Of a stretch of 64,000 nt of DNA, positions 1 to 10,216 are shown in pieces. Positions within the stretch are counted from its first letter, which is position 1. Every line of letters begins with the position of its first letter. A program made the translations under genes and the position numbers. The notes under the pieces were generated by a model. That model saw only the letters and a list, made by a program, of their open reading frames with translations. It was not told the DNA's origin and made no database searches. Source of the stretch: Methanothrix sp. (GTDB taxonomy: Archaea; Halobacteriota; Methanosarcinia; Methanotrichales; Methanotrichaceae); contig JBAXWY010000002.1 of assembly GCA_037128175.1 (NCBI GenBank), positions 64,001-128,000 on the forward strand, given 5' to 3'.

Positions 1-318
1 AAGCATGCCGATTTTCACACCCGCTGAGCTGGATACGATCTGACCGGTAATCTTGGGCCCCTCATCCAGTTGGATGATGGCCAGGTTATAGGGCGTCAGC
101 CTCTCGAAATCCTCGGTGGCAGTATAGATGGTAGTGTAGGTGATGACACTGCCCGTTCCCTTGAAGGTGTAATCCTCTAAATGTGCCCCGCGACGGCAGT
201 TAGGGCAGAGGTTTCTGGGAGGAAAGAAGTATTCATTGCAGCAAGTGCAGTGTGTCCCGGAAAGATTGTATCTTTGCGGTATGCTTCTCCAGAATCTGGG
301 TGCTTGGTTTGTCATCAT
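1..318 (-). CDS. DUF35 Zn-ribbon/OB-fold protein (thiolase-HMGS scaffold), runs off window edge
   Basis: Manual translation [43 protein letters not shown]...; start overlaps the thiolase stop; canonical thiolase/HMGS/DUF35 cluster. Confidence 0.9.
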   Translation of the reverse strand, partial: MMTNQAPRFWRSIPQRYNLSGTHCTCCNEYFFPPRNLCPNCRRGAHLEDYTFKGTGSVITYTTIYTATEDFERLTPYNLAIIQLDEGPKITGQIVSSSAGVKIGML

Positions 319-1481
319 CACCTCGAAAATATGTGGACCAGGGCCGTTCCGCCCGAACCGCCCACATTGTGGGCCAGGCCCACCTCCGCCTCATCCACCT
401 GACGCTTGCCTGCCTTCCCGCGAAGTTGCAGGACGATCTCGTAGGCCTGCTTTATTCCTGTAGCGCCCACGGGATGGCCGCAGGCCTTCAGCCCTCCGGA
501 GGTGTTGATGGGAATGCTGCCGCTGAGGGCCGTCATACCATCCTGTGTGGCTTTGCCGCCCTGGCCCTTCTCCACAAATCCCAGGTCCTCTATGGCCAAG
601 ATCTCCCCGATGGTAAAGCAGTCATGCACCTCGGCCACGTCAACGTGGCGCGGCTCGATCCCGGCCTGGGTGAAGGCAGAGCGTCCGGCATGAACGGTGG
701 CGTCCAATGTGGTCAGATCGCGACGATCATGCAAAGCCAGAGTATCGCTCGCCTGGGCACTGCCCACGATCTTTATGGGCTCTTCGGAAAACCGTCTCGC
801 TATTTCCGTAGGGGCAAGCACCAATGCCGCCGCTCCATCGGAGATGGGAGAGCAGTCCAGGACATGCAGAGGGTCCGCCACCATAGGAGACTTAGACACA
901 TCATCAATGGTTATCTCCATGTGATACTGGGCTATGGGATTCATGCAGGCATGGTGGTGATTTTTCACCGCCACCTGGGCCATCTGGTCGTGGGTTGTGC
1001 CATAGCGGCGCATGTGCAGCTTGGCCATCATGGCATAGAGCGCAGGGAAGGTAGCGCCAAAGAAGCACTCCCATTCCCGGTCCGCTGCCGCGGCCAGGGC
1101 GTCGGCGGCGGTGCCGGTGGAGACATCGGTCATCTTCTCCACGCCCGCCGCGATGACAATATCACTGTAGCCGCTGGCCACCGCCAGCACCGCCTGACGT
1201 AGCGCCAGGCCCCCGGAGGCACAGGCCGCTTCCACGCGCGTGGAGGGCACGTGCAGGCGGGAGAGGCCGGCGCAGTCGGCGATGAGCGCCCCGATGTGCT
1301 CCTGCTCGATGAACCGGCCGGCGCTCATGTTGCCCACGTAGAGCGCGTCGATCTGCTCACCGGTGATCTCGGCATCCCCAATGGCCATCACACCGGCCTC
1401 AGCGATCATGTCGCGCAAAGAGACATCCCATCGCTCTCCGAACTTGGTGCAGCCTACACCAATTATGGATACGGATCTCAT
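318..1481 (-). CDS. Acetoacetyl-CoA thiolase (acetyl-CoA acetyltransferase)
   Basis: VEAACASGG catalytic Cys, EVHDCF and GHPVGATG motifs. Confidence 0.95.
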   Translation of the reverse strand: MRSVSIIGVGCTKFGERWDVSLRDMIAEAGVMAIGDAEITGEQIDALYVGNMSAGRFIEQEHIGALIADCAGLSRLHVPSTRVEAACASGGLALRQAVLAVASGYSDIVIAAGVEKMTDVSTGTAADALAAAADREWECFFGATFPALYAMMAKLHMRRYGTTHDQMAQVAVKNHHHACMNPIAQYHMEITIDDVSKSPMVADPLHVLDCSPISDGAAALVLAPTEIARRFSEEPIKIVGSAQASDTLALHDRRDLTTLDATVHAGRSAFTQAGIEPRHVDVAEVHDCFTIGEILAIEDLGFVEKGQGGKATQDGMTALSGSIPINTSGGLKACGHPVGATGIKQAYEIVLQLRGKAGKRQVDEAEVGLAHNVGGSGGTALVHIFSR

Positions 1482-2515
1482 ATTCTCAGCTTGCCCTTAT
1501 GCTTGGCATACATGGCATAATCAAGATACTCGGCCTCGCCGATATAGTCGCGAACGCTTGGCGCACCGCAGCGGATATCATCAATTTTATCTTTCACACT
1601 TATGCTGAAGGCGTCGCTTCCCGCACCAGAGCCGAAGCTGGTCACAAAGATGCGCTCACCAGGCTGTGCGATGTCCAAAGTGGCGGCAAGACCAATGAGG
1701 CAGGACGCCGAGTAGGTGTTACCGATCAATGGCACAATCAATCCCGGCTCGATCTGCTTTTTGGAAAAGCCCAGCATCCTGGCCACGCGGACGGGAAACT
1801 TGCCATTGGGCTGGTGAAATACGGCATAATCATAATCCTCAGGGGCGCTGCCCAGCCGTTCCAGTAGGCCGCGCGCAGCACCAGTCACATGTTTGAAGTA
1901 GGCCGGCTCGCCCGTGAATCTTCCCCCATGCTCCGGATAGGCCATGCCTTCCCGTCTCCAGAAATCAGGGGTGTCGGTTGTGAAAGAATAAGTGCCCTCG
2001 ATCTCTGCGACCACATCTTTGCTTCCTATCAGATAGGCCGCTCCACCGGCTGCGGCCGTATATTCCAGCATATCTCCCGGAGCGCCCTGGCTCACATCCG
2101 CGCCTATGGCCAGGCCCAGATCAATTAGATTGGAGCTGACAAGGCCCAGGCACGCCTGAAGGGCAGCGGTGCCCGCTTTACAGGCAAACTCGAAGTCCGC
2201 AGCCGTAAAAGAGGATGAGGTGCATACGGCCTGGCCAACTATAGTGGCGGTGGGCTTCACGGCATAAGGATGGCTCTCCGAGCCGGCATAAATGGCACCG
2301 ATCCTTTTCGGATCAATTCTGGCGCGCTGCAAGGCATTTCTTGCCGCTTCCACGGCTATGGTCACCGTATCCTCATCCAGATCGGGCACGGATTTCTCGA
2401 AGACCTGCAGACCCTCTGAGATCTCTTCTCCGTCCCCCCAAACCCGAGCAATCTCGTCCAGCCTTATGCGAAATCGCGGGATATAGACCCCATAACTTAC
2501 AATACCAGAGACCAA
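1478..2515 (-). CDS. Hydroxymethylglutaryl-CoA synthase (archaeal)
   Basis: [28 protein letters not shown] and GNTYS motifs. Confidence 0.95.
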   Translation of the reverse strand: MVSGIVSYGVYIPRFRIRLDEIARVWGDGEEISEGLQVFEKSVPDLDEDTVTIAVEAARNALQRARIDPKRIGAIYAGSESHPYAVKPTATIVGQAVCTSSSFTAADFEFACKAGTAALQACLGLVSSNLIDLGLAIGADVSQGAPGDMLEYTAAAGGAAYLIGSKDVVAEIEGTYSFTTDTPDFWRREGMAYPEHGGRFTGEPAYFKHVTGAARGLLERLGSAPEDYDYAVFHQPNGKFPVRVARMLGFSKKQIEPGLIVPLIGNTYSASCLIGLAATLDIAQPGERIFVTSFGSGAGSDAFSISVKDKIDDIRCGAPSVRDYIGEAEYLDYAMYAKHKGKLRI

Positions 2516-2521
2516 GAGATT

Positions 2522-3241
2522 TCACCCTTTGCTCAGAGCACTAGAGATATCGTCAACGGAAAAATGTGTCGTTAAAAGAGGAATATTCTCGATCTGGGCG
2601 ATTCTAATGGCAATGGGACTAACTTCGGACGGCATTATCCCCTGCAAGATTACGGCGCCGGGCTTGAGGTTGCTGACCCGCACCGCCACCATGGGCGATT
2701 TGCCCGAGTGAACGCCCGTGAATATCAGGACACGAGCCGTGCTGCGTCCGTAGATCTTCTGGAACTGGTCGGGAAGCATCTCAATGATGGCCTTCATGCT
2801 ATCTATTATCGTATAGCCCCAGATGGTGATATCCGTGCGGCCGAAGATGACATCGGCATTCAGTTTTTCGACAATGGTCGCGAGGTGGATGGGATCCTGG
2901 TACTCGCAGACGCTGCAGATGGAGTCCAGGCCTAAAATGTCGCCCCACATGTTTTCGTAGGCGCGCAGAACATTGCAGCCGCGGCTCTCATCTATGCGCA
3001 GGAGCGCATCAATGATCTTGCTCACGATCATTATGCCGGGGGACTTTCGCCTGCCGCTCTCATAATCAGAGATCACGGAAGGAGACATGCCCATATGATT
3101 GGACAGATCGGTCTGGGTTATGGCGAAGTTTCTGCGCCATTTCCTCAGGGTATCACCAGGACTAGTGGAAAGGGTGATCTCTCCTGCGATCTTCTCGGCC
3201 AGTAATCCTCGTGCGTTGGAGATCTCCCCACCGGAATTCAT
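2522..3241 (-). CDS. XRE-HTH transcriptional regulator, conserved upstream of archaeal HMGS
   Basis: LAEKIAGEITLS..PG.TLRKWR; SVISDYESGRRKSPG HTH; GKSPMVAVRV. Confidence 0.85.
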   Translation of the reverse strand: MNSGGEISNARGLLAEKIAGEITLSTSPGDTLRKWRRNFAITQTDLSNHMGMSPSVISDYESGRRKSPGIMIVSKIIDALLRIDESRGCNVLRAYENMWGDILGLDSICSVCEYQDPIHLATIVEKLNADVIFGRTDITIWGYTIIDSMKAIIEMLPDQFQKIYGRSTARVLIFTGVHSGKSPMVAVRVSNLKPGAVILQGIMPSEVSPIAIRIAQIENIPLLTTHFSVDDISSALSKG

Positions 3242-3328
3242 AAATCAACAACTGGTTAAACTAGGATATAAATCTAGCGAAAATAATTCGGCATTCAACG
3301 TAAGAATAAAATTCAATCAAAAAAGAAG

Positions 3329-3426
3329 TGCGTCGACCGGGATTCGAACCCGGGTTGTAGGCTTGCTTCGCAGAGAATCAAAATCTGCCTGGAAGGCCCA
3401 AGTCATAACCACTAGACCATCGACGC
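3329..3426 (-). tRNA. tRNA-Gly(TCC) with 26-nt intron at position 37/38 (intron 3364-3389)
   Basis: Reverse strand reads GCGTCGATGGTCTAGTGGTTATGACTTGGGCCTTCCA[GGCAGATTTTGATTCTCTGCGAAGCA]AGCCTACAACCCGGGTTCGAATCCCGGTCGACGCA; bulge-helix-bulge with CTTC/GAAG helix; CCA not encoded. Confidence 0.95.
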
Positions 3427-3537
3427 CCGCCCCTTAGGTTGCAGAGGTTGAACTTAACTGTTTCGATCCAAAATCCAAACGTCCATCAGATACTTTGATA
3501 TAAGGGAGAGAACGCGAAAACGATTCAGGAAATACGA

Positions 3538-4074
3538 ATGAATGCCCTGATCATTGCCTTCTGGCTGATGCTGCCCGCATACATACCCAATAACTGTGCC
3601 GCACTCTTCGGCGGAGGCATGCCTCTGGATGGGGGCCGGATCTTCTCGGACGGGCGGCGCATACTGGGCGACGGCAAGACCTTTCGGGGAACCTTCGCGG
3701 GAACCGTCTGCGGCGTTCTGGCCGGGCTCTTGCAAAACATGGTCGCACCCTATGTCGGCCTGCCAACTTTTGGCAGCGGCTATGAGCAATTATTCATTCT
3801 CCTGGCCCTCTCCCTGGGAGCGATGCTGGGAGATATCGTGGCGGCATTCTTCAAGCGCCGCATGGGTCTGCAGCGCGGTGCACCCCTTTTTATCATAGAT
3901 CAGCTCGATTTTGTCATTGGAGCTTGGCTTCTCACATTGATCATTGCACCGGACTGGTTTATGCAGCATTTTACTATTACTATAATATTAATAGTATTAC
4001 TAATAACCCCTGTACTGCACCGGGTTACAAATATCATCGGCTACAAAATGGGTGCGAAGAGAGAACCCTGGTAA
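3538..4074 (+). CDS. carS: CDP-archaeol synthase (DUF46)
   Basis: PAYIPNN, P(L)DGG...DGRRILGDGKTFRG, GDIVAAFFKRR, DQLDF, K.EPW. Confidence 0.95.
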   Translation: MNALIIAFWLMLPAYIPNNCAALFGGGMPLDGGRIFSDGRRILGDGKTFRGTFAGTVCGVLAGLLQNMVAPYVGLPTFGSGYEQLFILLALSLGAMLGDIVAAFFKRRMGLQRGAPLFIIDQLDFVIGAWLLTLIIAPDWFMQHFTITIILIVLLITPVLHRVTNIIGYKMGAKREPW

Positions 4075-4199
4075 GTTAACAATTGTGTTTTTGCCTTTCT
4101 TGTGGGCCATAGCTCACTTTTTTGCCATAAAGGTCCTGTTGTCACTTTGTTTCACCTGCATTAGATAGCGATGAGCAAGATATTTTCCCTGTCTGCCAT

Positions 4200-4296
4200 C
4201 GCGAAAGGTTTATAAGTTTAGGTAATTGATACCGAGAGCGTCATAGCCAATTTTATCCTGAAACAGCATGAAATTGGTGAAATGAAAAGGAGGAGG
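4200..4296 (+). promoter_or_regulatory. Putative mtr promoter (BRE/TATA) and ribosome-binding site
   Basis: CGAAAGGTTTATAAG near 4202-4216; AGGAGG just upstream of the mtrE ATG. Confidence 0.6.
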
Positions 4297-4301
4297 AATA
4301 C

Positions 4302-5207
4302 ATGGACGCATTTGGCATGGGGATCTGTGCTGCGGCTGGTGCTCTTGCGTTTGTTGCGGGTGCTTCTGAGGATATCGATTCGGATATTGGTTCTCAAAGC
4401 AATCCCAACTCACAAGTTCAGTTGGCTGCCCAGGTAGGAAATCCCCACCGGATTTATAATAAGGCCATTGCAGGCGAGCCACCATCGAATGCTTTGTGGT
4501 GTGCGGTTGCATGTCTCATGGCTTATGTGCTCATCGAAGGCTATCATATGCCTTTGCTCTTTGCAGCAGTTGCTGGTGCTTCATTAGCCGCTCTATTCGA
4601 CGGCGTTATGTCTCTTAGCGCTTACCTAGGACGGTCTGCCAGCCAGGCCAGGTTCAATCAGTGGATATACCTGGATATTATCAGGTACACAACGCCTTCC
4701 ATCATGGCGCATGTGTGGATAACGTCGTTTTGCATAACCCTGATAGCAATTATTCAGGTCTACGTGCTCACGCCACATCATCCCTTCCCGATTCCCGTTA
4801 TTGGCCTCATTTGGGGCATAACTGTGGGAGCTATCGGATCATCTGTGGGTGATATTCACTACGGTGGCGAGCGCGAGTTCCAGTGGAGGCTTTTCGGACA
4901 GGGCCTCAACACTATGCTCTCCGGACAGATCGTCAGGAAAGCAGAAGCTGGCCTGAGAAATTCTATTGATAACGCATGGTTTTGCGCCAAGTTCGGCGGT
5001 CCGTGCACGGGTCTAGGCTTTGGCCTGACAGTGTTCCTGGACAACTGGAGAACAACGGTCTTTGATCCCGTTACCCAGGCAACTTATGCCATCGCGATGG
5101 GATGTTTCTTTGTACTTGCTATGAACTTATATAATCTTTATATGGAAATCTCCGCGAGGAAGAAGTACGGGCCATATCCAGGCTATAAGGGGGACATTGC
5201 AGCATGA
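4302..5207 (+). CDS. mtrE: Methyl-H4MPT:CoM methyltransferase subunit E
   Basis: ED.DSDIGSQSNPNSQVQLA, NKAIAGEP, GDIHYGGERE. Confidence 0.97.
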   Translation: MDAFGMGICAAAGALAFVAGASEDIDSDIGSQSNPNSQVQLAAQVGNPHRIYNKAIAGEPPSNALWCAVACLMAYVLIEGYHMPLLFAAVAGASLAALFDGVMSLSAYLGRSASQARFNQWIYLDIIRYTTPSIMAHVWITSFCITLIAIIQVYVLTPHHPFPIPVIGLIWGITVGAIGSSVGDIHYGGEREFQWRLFGQGLNTMLSGQIVRKAEAGLRNSIDNAWFCAKFGGPCTGLGFGLTVFLDNWRTTVFDPVTQATYAIAMGCFFVLAMNLYNLYMEISARKKYGPYPGYKGDIAA

Positions 5208-5905
5208 GCCTTGTCTTTGATACTAATATGCTCATTTATATGCTGGAGATCGTAGTTGGAGGTCTCCTGGTGAGCGTAGGCGTACATTTTGTGCCTGTGG
5301 GCGGCGCGCCGGCAGCTATGGCGCAGGCTACAGGTATCGGTACAGGTACGGTTACCCTGGCAGCAGGCTCGGGTCTGACCGGTCTATTATCCGCCGGTTT
5401 GATGATGTCTGTCACAGATAATATCTGGCCGATTCTGGCTACAGGCGCTGTGGGCTCCATGATCATGATGGATGCCACAATGCTGACTGGCGACTTCATC
5501 TACTCCTACGCCGTTGGCTGTCCTTATGCCTCGGCCAAGGTCAACTACGACCCCATAACCATGTTTCCCCAGCCGCCTTATGTGGCTCCGGGAACGGTAG
5601 GTCAGGGCATCCCCACGGTATGCTTCGTGAGCGGCACCATTGGCGCTCTCTTAGGCGGCGTCGGAGGAGCCATGATCTACTACCCATGTCTGCAAATCGG
5701 CGGGAATCCTGCGCAAGCAGCTATCTTCGCCATAGGCATATTCTTCGTGCAAGCTGTAATTCCCTCCTGGAACATTCAGGGAACTATCGAAGGATTCCAC
5801 GACCCCAAGTTCAAGAAGTGGCCCCTGGCATTCAAGGCAAGCTTGGTTGCAGGAATACTCTTGGCTATTATGACGGTGCTTATCCAGCCCTTGGGAGGTG
5901 CTTAA
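5204..5905 (+). CDS. mtrD: Mtr subunit D
   Basis: VHFVPVGGAPAAMAQATGIGTGT; GTIEGFHDPKFKKWP. Confidence 0.97.
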   Translation: MSLVFDTNMLIYMLEIVVGGLLVSVGVHFVPVGGAPAAMAQATGIGTGTVTLAAGSGLTGLLSAGLMMSVTDNIWPILATGAVGSMIMMDATMLTGDFIYSYAVGCPYASAKVNYDPITMFPQPPYVAPGTVGQGIPTVCFVSGTIGALLGGVGGAMIYYPCLQIGGNPAQAAIFAIGIFFVQAVIPSWNIQGTIEGFHDPKFKKWPLAFKASLVAGILLAIMTVLIQPLGGA

Positions 5906-5906
5906 G

Positions 5907-6719
5907 ATGGATCAGCTAAAAGGATTCAAATTGGAGCCCAAGCAACTGAGGATGTACGGCATAATCGGGTCAGTAGTTGGAATATATCTGACTGTGGGCC
6001 TTAACGCTATGACAGGAACGAAGGTATTCTCCTTCATAGGATGCATTGCAGCCTTATTTGCAGTGCTGTGGGGAGCAAACTCCATCCGCAGAATCTGTTC
6101 CTATGGTCTCGGTACAGGAGTACCCGCCATGGGAATGCTGTGCACGGGAATGGCGTGTGTGGCTGCCGTGTTCGGCCTGAACATCGCCGGTAGGATCGGA
6201 TTCGAGTGGGGCGGTGTAATCATTACTTTGGTTTATGCCATGATCTTCGGGTATGTCGTTGGCACCCTCTGTAATAAGGTAATGAAATTCAACATCCCCA
6301 TCATGGAAGAAGGACTGATGGACGGCTCCGGCGCATGCACCATGGCAGTACTTGCCTGGAGCGTTAGCCTATCCGGATCTCTATCGTACAACGAGATCAT
6401 CGCCACCGTTTACAACACCGGCTTTTTGGCAGTCATCTTCATCCTGGGAGGCATGGCCCTATTCCATCCGTTCAACGCCAACCTGGGACCTGATGAGAAG
6501 CAGGACAGGACGCTCATCGATGGTATGATGGTCGGCGGACTGGCCATGTTTGGACTTGGCATATGCTCCATAGTGACGATCGGATTTGCTCCGGCAATGC
6601 TGACGATAGTAGTGGGCTTTGCACTCTGGTACTACTTCTTTGTCTGGTACTTCAGACTGGCAAAGAGAGATGCTGCCGCAGTGGTAGGAACCGGGCTTCT
6701 GCCCCCGAGCGCGCTATAA
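5907..6719 (+). CDS. mtrC: Mtr subunit C
   Basis: SYGLGTGVP, HPFNANLGPDE.QDRTL; ATG at 5907 preferred to GTG at 5898. Confidence 0.95.
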   Translation: MDQLKGFKLEPKQLRMYGIIGSVVGIYLTVGLNAMTGTKVFSFIGCIAALFAVLWGANSIRRICSYGLGTGVPAMGMLCTGMACVAAVFGLNIAGRIGFEWGGVIITLVYAMIFGYVVGTLCNKVMKFNIPIMEEGLMDGSGACTMAVLAWSVSLSGSLSYNEIIATVYNTGFLAVIFILGGMALFHPFNANLGPDEKQDRTLIDGMMVGGLAMFGLGICSIVTIGFAPAMLTIVVGFALWYYFFVWYFRLAKRDAAAVVGTGLLPPSAL

Positions 6720-6732
6720 GGAGGAGGAGAAA

Positions 6733-7092
6733 ATGGGAGTTGTTAGAGTATCACCTGAACTGGGTCTGCTATTTGACCCAATCAAGGGAACAGTCTCACA
6801 GGAGAGGGAGGACGTCGTTCAGTACGCGCTCGATCCGCTCTATCCTAAGATTGAGAGGCTGGACAGGATAGCGCAGGATATGATGAACCAACTGGGGCCG
6901 GACAGCGAACTCATGGAGTCCTACGCCAACAGAGGCAAAGCCTCTTACATCGGCGGCCTCTACACCAACATCTGGGCGGGCTTAATCATCGGCCTGGTAG
7001 TGGCATTCGTCATCCTGATCAGCTCGCTGTTCGCCACGCCGGAAGGAATCGCGATAGTAAGAGCCGCAGTAACGCATACGGGAGGCATGTGA
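6733..7092 (+). CDS. mtrB: Mtr subunit B
   Basis: VRVSPELGL..DP..G.V..EREDV; C-terminal TM helix; operon position. Confidence 0.93.
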   Translation: MGVVRVSPELGLLFDPIKGTVSQEREDVVQYALDPLYPKIERLDRIAQDMMNQLGPDSELMESYANRGKASYIGGLYTNIWAGLIIGLVVAFVILISSLFATPEGIAIVRAAVTHTGGM

Positions 7093-7093
7093 G

Positions 7094-7831
7094 ATGGTGC
7101 TTAAGAAGAAGCCTACCGATCCTTGGCCGCTGATCACAGGCGAGTATGAAGTTGGAAATCCGGAAAGCCCGGTGGCCGTCTGTACCTGCGGATCGCATCT
7201 CAAGGCCTCCGAGCTGTTCGCTGCCGGTGCCGGTCTGGTTGGACCCTGCAAGACAGAGAACATCGGAATAGAGAAGATGACCGCTAATCTGGTCTCCAAT
7301 CCCAACATCAGATACCTGATCATTACGGGAATGGAGGTCAAAGGGCATATCACCGGCCAGGCTGTAGAAGCCTTCCTCAAAGACGGTATAGATAAGGAGG
7401 GAAAGATTGTCGGGGCCACGGGCGCCATTCCCTTCATCCAGAACCTGAACGAGGAGTCCATAGAGCGGATCAAAACGCAGGTCCAGCCTATCATGATGAT
7501 GGACACCGAGGACATGGGCGCTATCAAGGCCAAGATCCAGGAGCTGGTCTCCAAGGATCCGGGGGCCTTAGACGTCGAGCCCATGAGAATAGAGATCAGC
7601 AGAGGCGGAGACGAAGAGGAAGATCACGGACCCAGGCCATTGGCAGCCGAAGTTGTCGAGATCAGAGACAGAATCAGAATTCAGCAATCCGCAATTACTG
7701 TCGATGGTCTCCTCAACAAGCTGCAAGCGGGCATTTATGCAGGAAAGATGGAAGGCCTTGCCCTAGGCATGACCATTGTCCTGATCCTCTTCGGCTTAAT
7801 CCTGAGGATCGCACCCAAAGGAGGGATCTAG
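7094..7831 (+). CDS. mtrA: Mtr subunit A (corrinoid protein)
   Basis: WP...GEY.VGNPESPVAV, GPCKTENIGIEK, EVKGHITGQ cobalt-ligand His. Confidence 0.97.
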   Translation: MVLKKKPTDPWPLITGEYEVGNPESPVAVCTCGSHLKASELFAAGAGLVGPCKTENIGIEKMTANLVSNPNIRYLIITGMEVKGHITGQAVEAFLKDGIDKEGKIVGATGAIPFIQNLNEESIERIKTQVQPIMMMDTEDMGAIKAKIQELVSKDPGALDVEPMRIEISRGGDEEEDHGPRPLAAEVVEIRDRIRIQQSAITVDGLLNKLQAGIYAGKMEGLALGMTIVLILFGLILRIAPKGGI

Positions 7832-7833
7832 AA

Positions 7834-8070
7834 ATGGCAGAGGAGAAAGAGGTTGTCTACGGCCAGGGATATCCCACGGTTGTCATGACCCAAGAAGGGT
7901 ACTTCGATGACATTGTAGAGGACATCAAGTATAAGGGCCAGCTCCTGGCCAGAGAGACGAAAATGAGCTCAGGAGTTCTTTCCACCGTTTCGATGGGATT
8001 CTTCACCGGTTTCATCATCGCACTCTTGATGATGATCGGGCCGTTCTTCATATTTCAGGGGGGGCTGTGA
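7834..8070 (+). CDS. mtrF: Mtr subunit F
   Basis: VEDIKYKGQLLAR..K..SG plus TM helix. Confidence 0.93.
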   Translation: MAEEKEVVYGQGYPTVVMTQEGYFDDIVEDIKYKGQLLARETKMSSGVLSTVSMGFFTGFIIALLMMIGPFFIFQGGL

Positions 8071-8073
8071 GCC

Positions 8074-8319
8074 ATGGCTGAAGAAGGAAGACAGGTAGTA
8101 CCCGTCGCGGTTGTCGATCCGGAACAGTTCAACCAGCTTATGGCCAGGTTGGATAAGATCGATGAGAAGATCGAGTTCTACTCAGGCGAGAAGTTCCTGC
8201 GGGCAGGCAAGTCTATCGGCAGGGATCTAGGTACCGCCTACGGTGTTTGCGCAGGATTGATCATTATACTGGCATATGTGCTGTTCGTATATGCCGGTAA
8301 CTGGACAAGGGTGATTTAA
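8074..8319 (+). CDS. mtrG: Mtr subunit G
   Basis: RLDKIDEKIEF..GE.....GK.IGRDLG..YG. Confidence 0.95.
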   Translation: MAEEGRQVVPVAVVDPEQFNQLMARLDKIDEKIEFYSGEKFLRAGKSIGRDLGTAYGVCAGLIIILAYVLFVYAGNWTRVI

Positions 8320-9255
8320 GTGTTTAAGTTTGATAGGAAGCAAGAGGTCTTCGAGTTTGGCAAGTTCAAGGTTGGGGGCCAGCCTGGAGAGTACCCCACA
8401 TGCTGCATAGGCACCATGTTCTATGCCAGGCACAAGATCGTATCCGATCCGGAGCACGGAGTCTTTGACGCGGCAGCTGCAGAGAGGCTCTGGAATAAAC
8501 AGGTTGAGATGAGCGACATCACCGGCAACTCCTGTATGAACCAGATTGTTGCAGAGAGTGATGAGGCCATGAAGAAGGAGATCGACTGGTTTGTGGGCAT
8601 ATCCGATTACCCATTCCTCATCGACTCCTCTGCACCGTCGGTGCGCGCCTTCGGCGTCAAGTACGCCTCTGAGATAGGCGTAGCCGACAAGGCCATCCAT
8701 AACTCCATCAACGCCTCCATTACACCAGAGGAGCTGCAGGCCGTCAAGGACAGCGACCTCGATGCCGCTATCGTCCTGGCCTTCAATGCCATGGAGAAGG
8801 GAACCGTTGGCAAGATGAACATCCTGACCAAGGCAGCCGGCGGCGCCAAGAAGGGCATGCTGGATTACGCCAAAGAGTGCGGCATCACCAGGATTCTCCT
8901 GGATGTGGCGGCCATGCCTCTGGGCAACGGCTCCGGTGCTACCTACAGGGCATGCATCGCCGTCAAGGCTCAACTGGGCCTTCCCGTGGGCGCAGGCTTC
9001 CACAATGCAGCCTCCGCCTGGGACTGGATGAAGAGATGGAAGAAAGAGCACAAGGAAGCCTTTGCACCTGTGGACATCGGGGCCAACCTGGTGGCAGGCA
9101 TCTTGGGCGCAGACTTCTATCTGTACGGCCCCATCGAGAACGCACCCATGATCTTCCCGGCTGCCGCCATGGTGGACATCTTCAAGGCAGAGTCGGCTGA
9201 GGAGCTCGGGCTGAAGGTTCTGACCGACGACCATCCCTATAAGAAGACGCTTTAA
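8320..9255 (+). CDS. mtrH: Mtr subunit H
   Basis: MFKFDRKQEVF..GGQPGEYPT, NSINAS, LYGPIENA. Confidence 0.97.
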   Translation: MFKFDRKQEVFEFGKFKVGGQPGEYPTCCIGTMFYARHKIVSDPEHGVFDAAAAERLWNKQVEMSDITGNSCMNQIVAESDEAMKKEIDWFVGISDYPFLIDSSAPSVRAFGVKYASEIGVADKAIHNSINASITPEELQAVKDSDLDAAIVLAFNAMEKGTVGKMNILTKAAGGAKKGMLDYAKECGITRILLDVAAMPLGNGSGATYRACIAVKAQLGLPVGAGFHNAASAWDWMKRWKKEHKEAFAPVDIGANLVAGILGADFYLYGPIENAPMIFPAAAMVDIFKAESAEELGLKVLTDDHPYKKTL

Positions 9256-9279
9256 GCGCCTTCTTTTTTCCTCTTTTTG
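9241..9279 (+). terminator. mtr operon terminator
   Basis: AAGAAG.CGCT-TTA-AGCG.CTTCTT hairpin followed by T-runs. Confidence 0.55.
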
Positions 9280-9287
9280 AGGTTTCT

Positions 9288-9947
9288 TTGCCTCGCGTTG
9301 TTGTGCAAACTGCGTTTGAAGATATCAAATTCATGTGCCAGAGATGCGGCTCCTGTTGCCGTCATAAAAGGCCATCGGAGTTTGAGGACCTGGTTCCCAT
9401 GGAACAGCTAAAGGAGTTCTGGGAGAAGTCCAATCTCATCTACCTGACGAAAGAGGACATCGAACGCATAAGCCGCAAAACAGGGCTCGTCGCGAAGGAT
9501 TTCGTGGACACGCTCTACGAGTACGACGGTAAATTCGTCCGGGCCAAGGAAGGAGGAAAGAAGGTGATCCTGGACATTCCGGTCATGAAGAGCAAGGGGG
9601 ATACCACCTGCGTATTCTACGAGGAGAGATGCACCGTTTATCCAGTGCGACCCAGGGCTTGCAGGCTCTTCCCATTCCGGGTGGAAGAGGAGTCAACGCC
9701 AAAAGGTGATCTCATCCTTAGCATTGGTTATAATCCCACTTGTCCAGGGATCGGCAAAGGGAAAAGCGTTGCCAAAAAAGATCTGGAGAAGCTGGTAGTT
9801 GACCAGTTTCGGCAGAGGAGCGAGTCAATAGCGTCTGAATTGCGCATCCTTGCGGCAGAAGGCATGATCCAGAAGGATGCAGAGGTTTACAGAACAATTC
9901 CTGGCCGCAGATCTATTGCCTGGCAAAGTTTTTCTACTGAAGAGTAA
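9288..9947 (+). CDS. YkgJ-family cysteine-cluster protein
   Basis: CQRCGSCC, CVFY...CTVYPVRPRACRLFPF, CPGIG. Confidence 0.9.
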   Translation: MPRVVVQTAFEDIKFMCQRCGSCCRHKRPSEFEDLVPMEQLKEFWEKSNLIYLTKEDIERISRKTGLVAKDFVDTLYEYDGKFVRAKEGGKKVILDIPVMKSKGDTTCVFYEERCTVYPVRPRACRLFPFRVEEESTPKGDLILSIGYNPTCPGIGKGKSVAKKDLEKLVVDQFRQRSESIASELRILAAEGMIQKDAEVYRTIPGRRSIAWQSFSTEE

Positions 9948-9999
9948 TAACAGAGCAAGGCATGGTTATTCCAGCGCCCTGCAAAAGGAGGTAAGATTT

Positions 10000-10176
10000 A
10001 TGACAGTAGTAAAGAGCGACGCAATGCTGCAACATGAGGTTTGGATCCATGAGGTAGTCACTCATAGACCCAAGCATATGAGAGAACAAGTGATGCACAT
10101 CGAGGTTAGAAACCTGGTTATGGCTGCTGCTGCTATATTGATAGTAGTAATTGCTGCTGTTGAAATGTTTAAATGA
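10000..10176 (+). CDS. 58-aa protein with C-terminal TM helix
   Basis: AAGGAGGT RBS then MTVVKSDAMLQHEVWIHEVVTHRPKHMREQVMHIEVRNLVMAAAAILIVVIAAVEMFK; followed by a hairpin terminator. Confidence 0.6.
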   Translation: MTVVKSDAMLQHEVWIHEVVTHRPKHMREQVMHIEVRNLVMAAAAILIVVIAAVEMFK

Positions 10177-10180
10177 TGTA

Positions 10181-10211
10181 GGCTGAAAAGGCCGGCTTTC
10201 CGGCCTTCGCC
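10181..10211. terminator. Hairpin between convergent genes
   Basis: AAGGCCGG-CTTT-CCGGCCTT. Confidence 0.6.
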
Positions 10212-10216
10212 CTATA

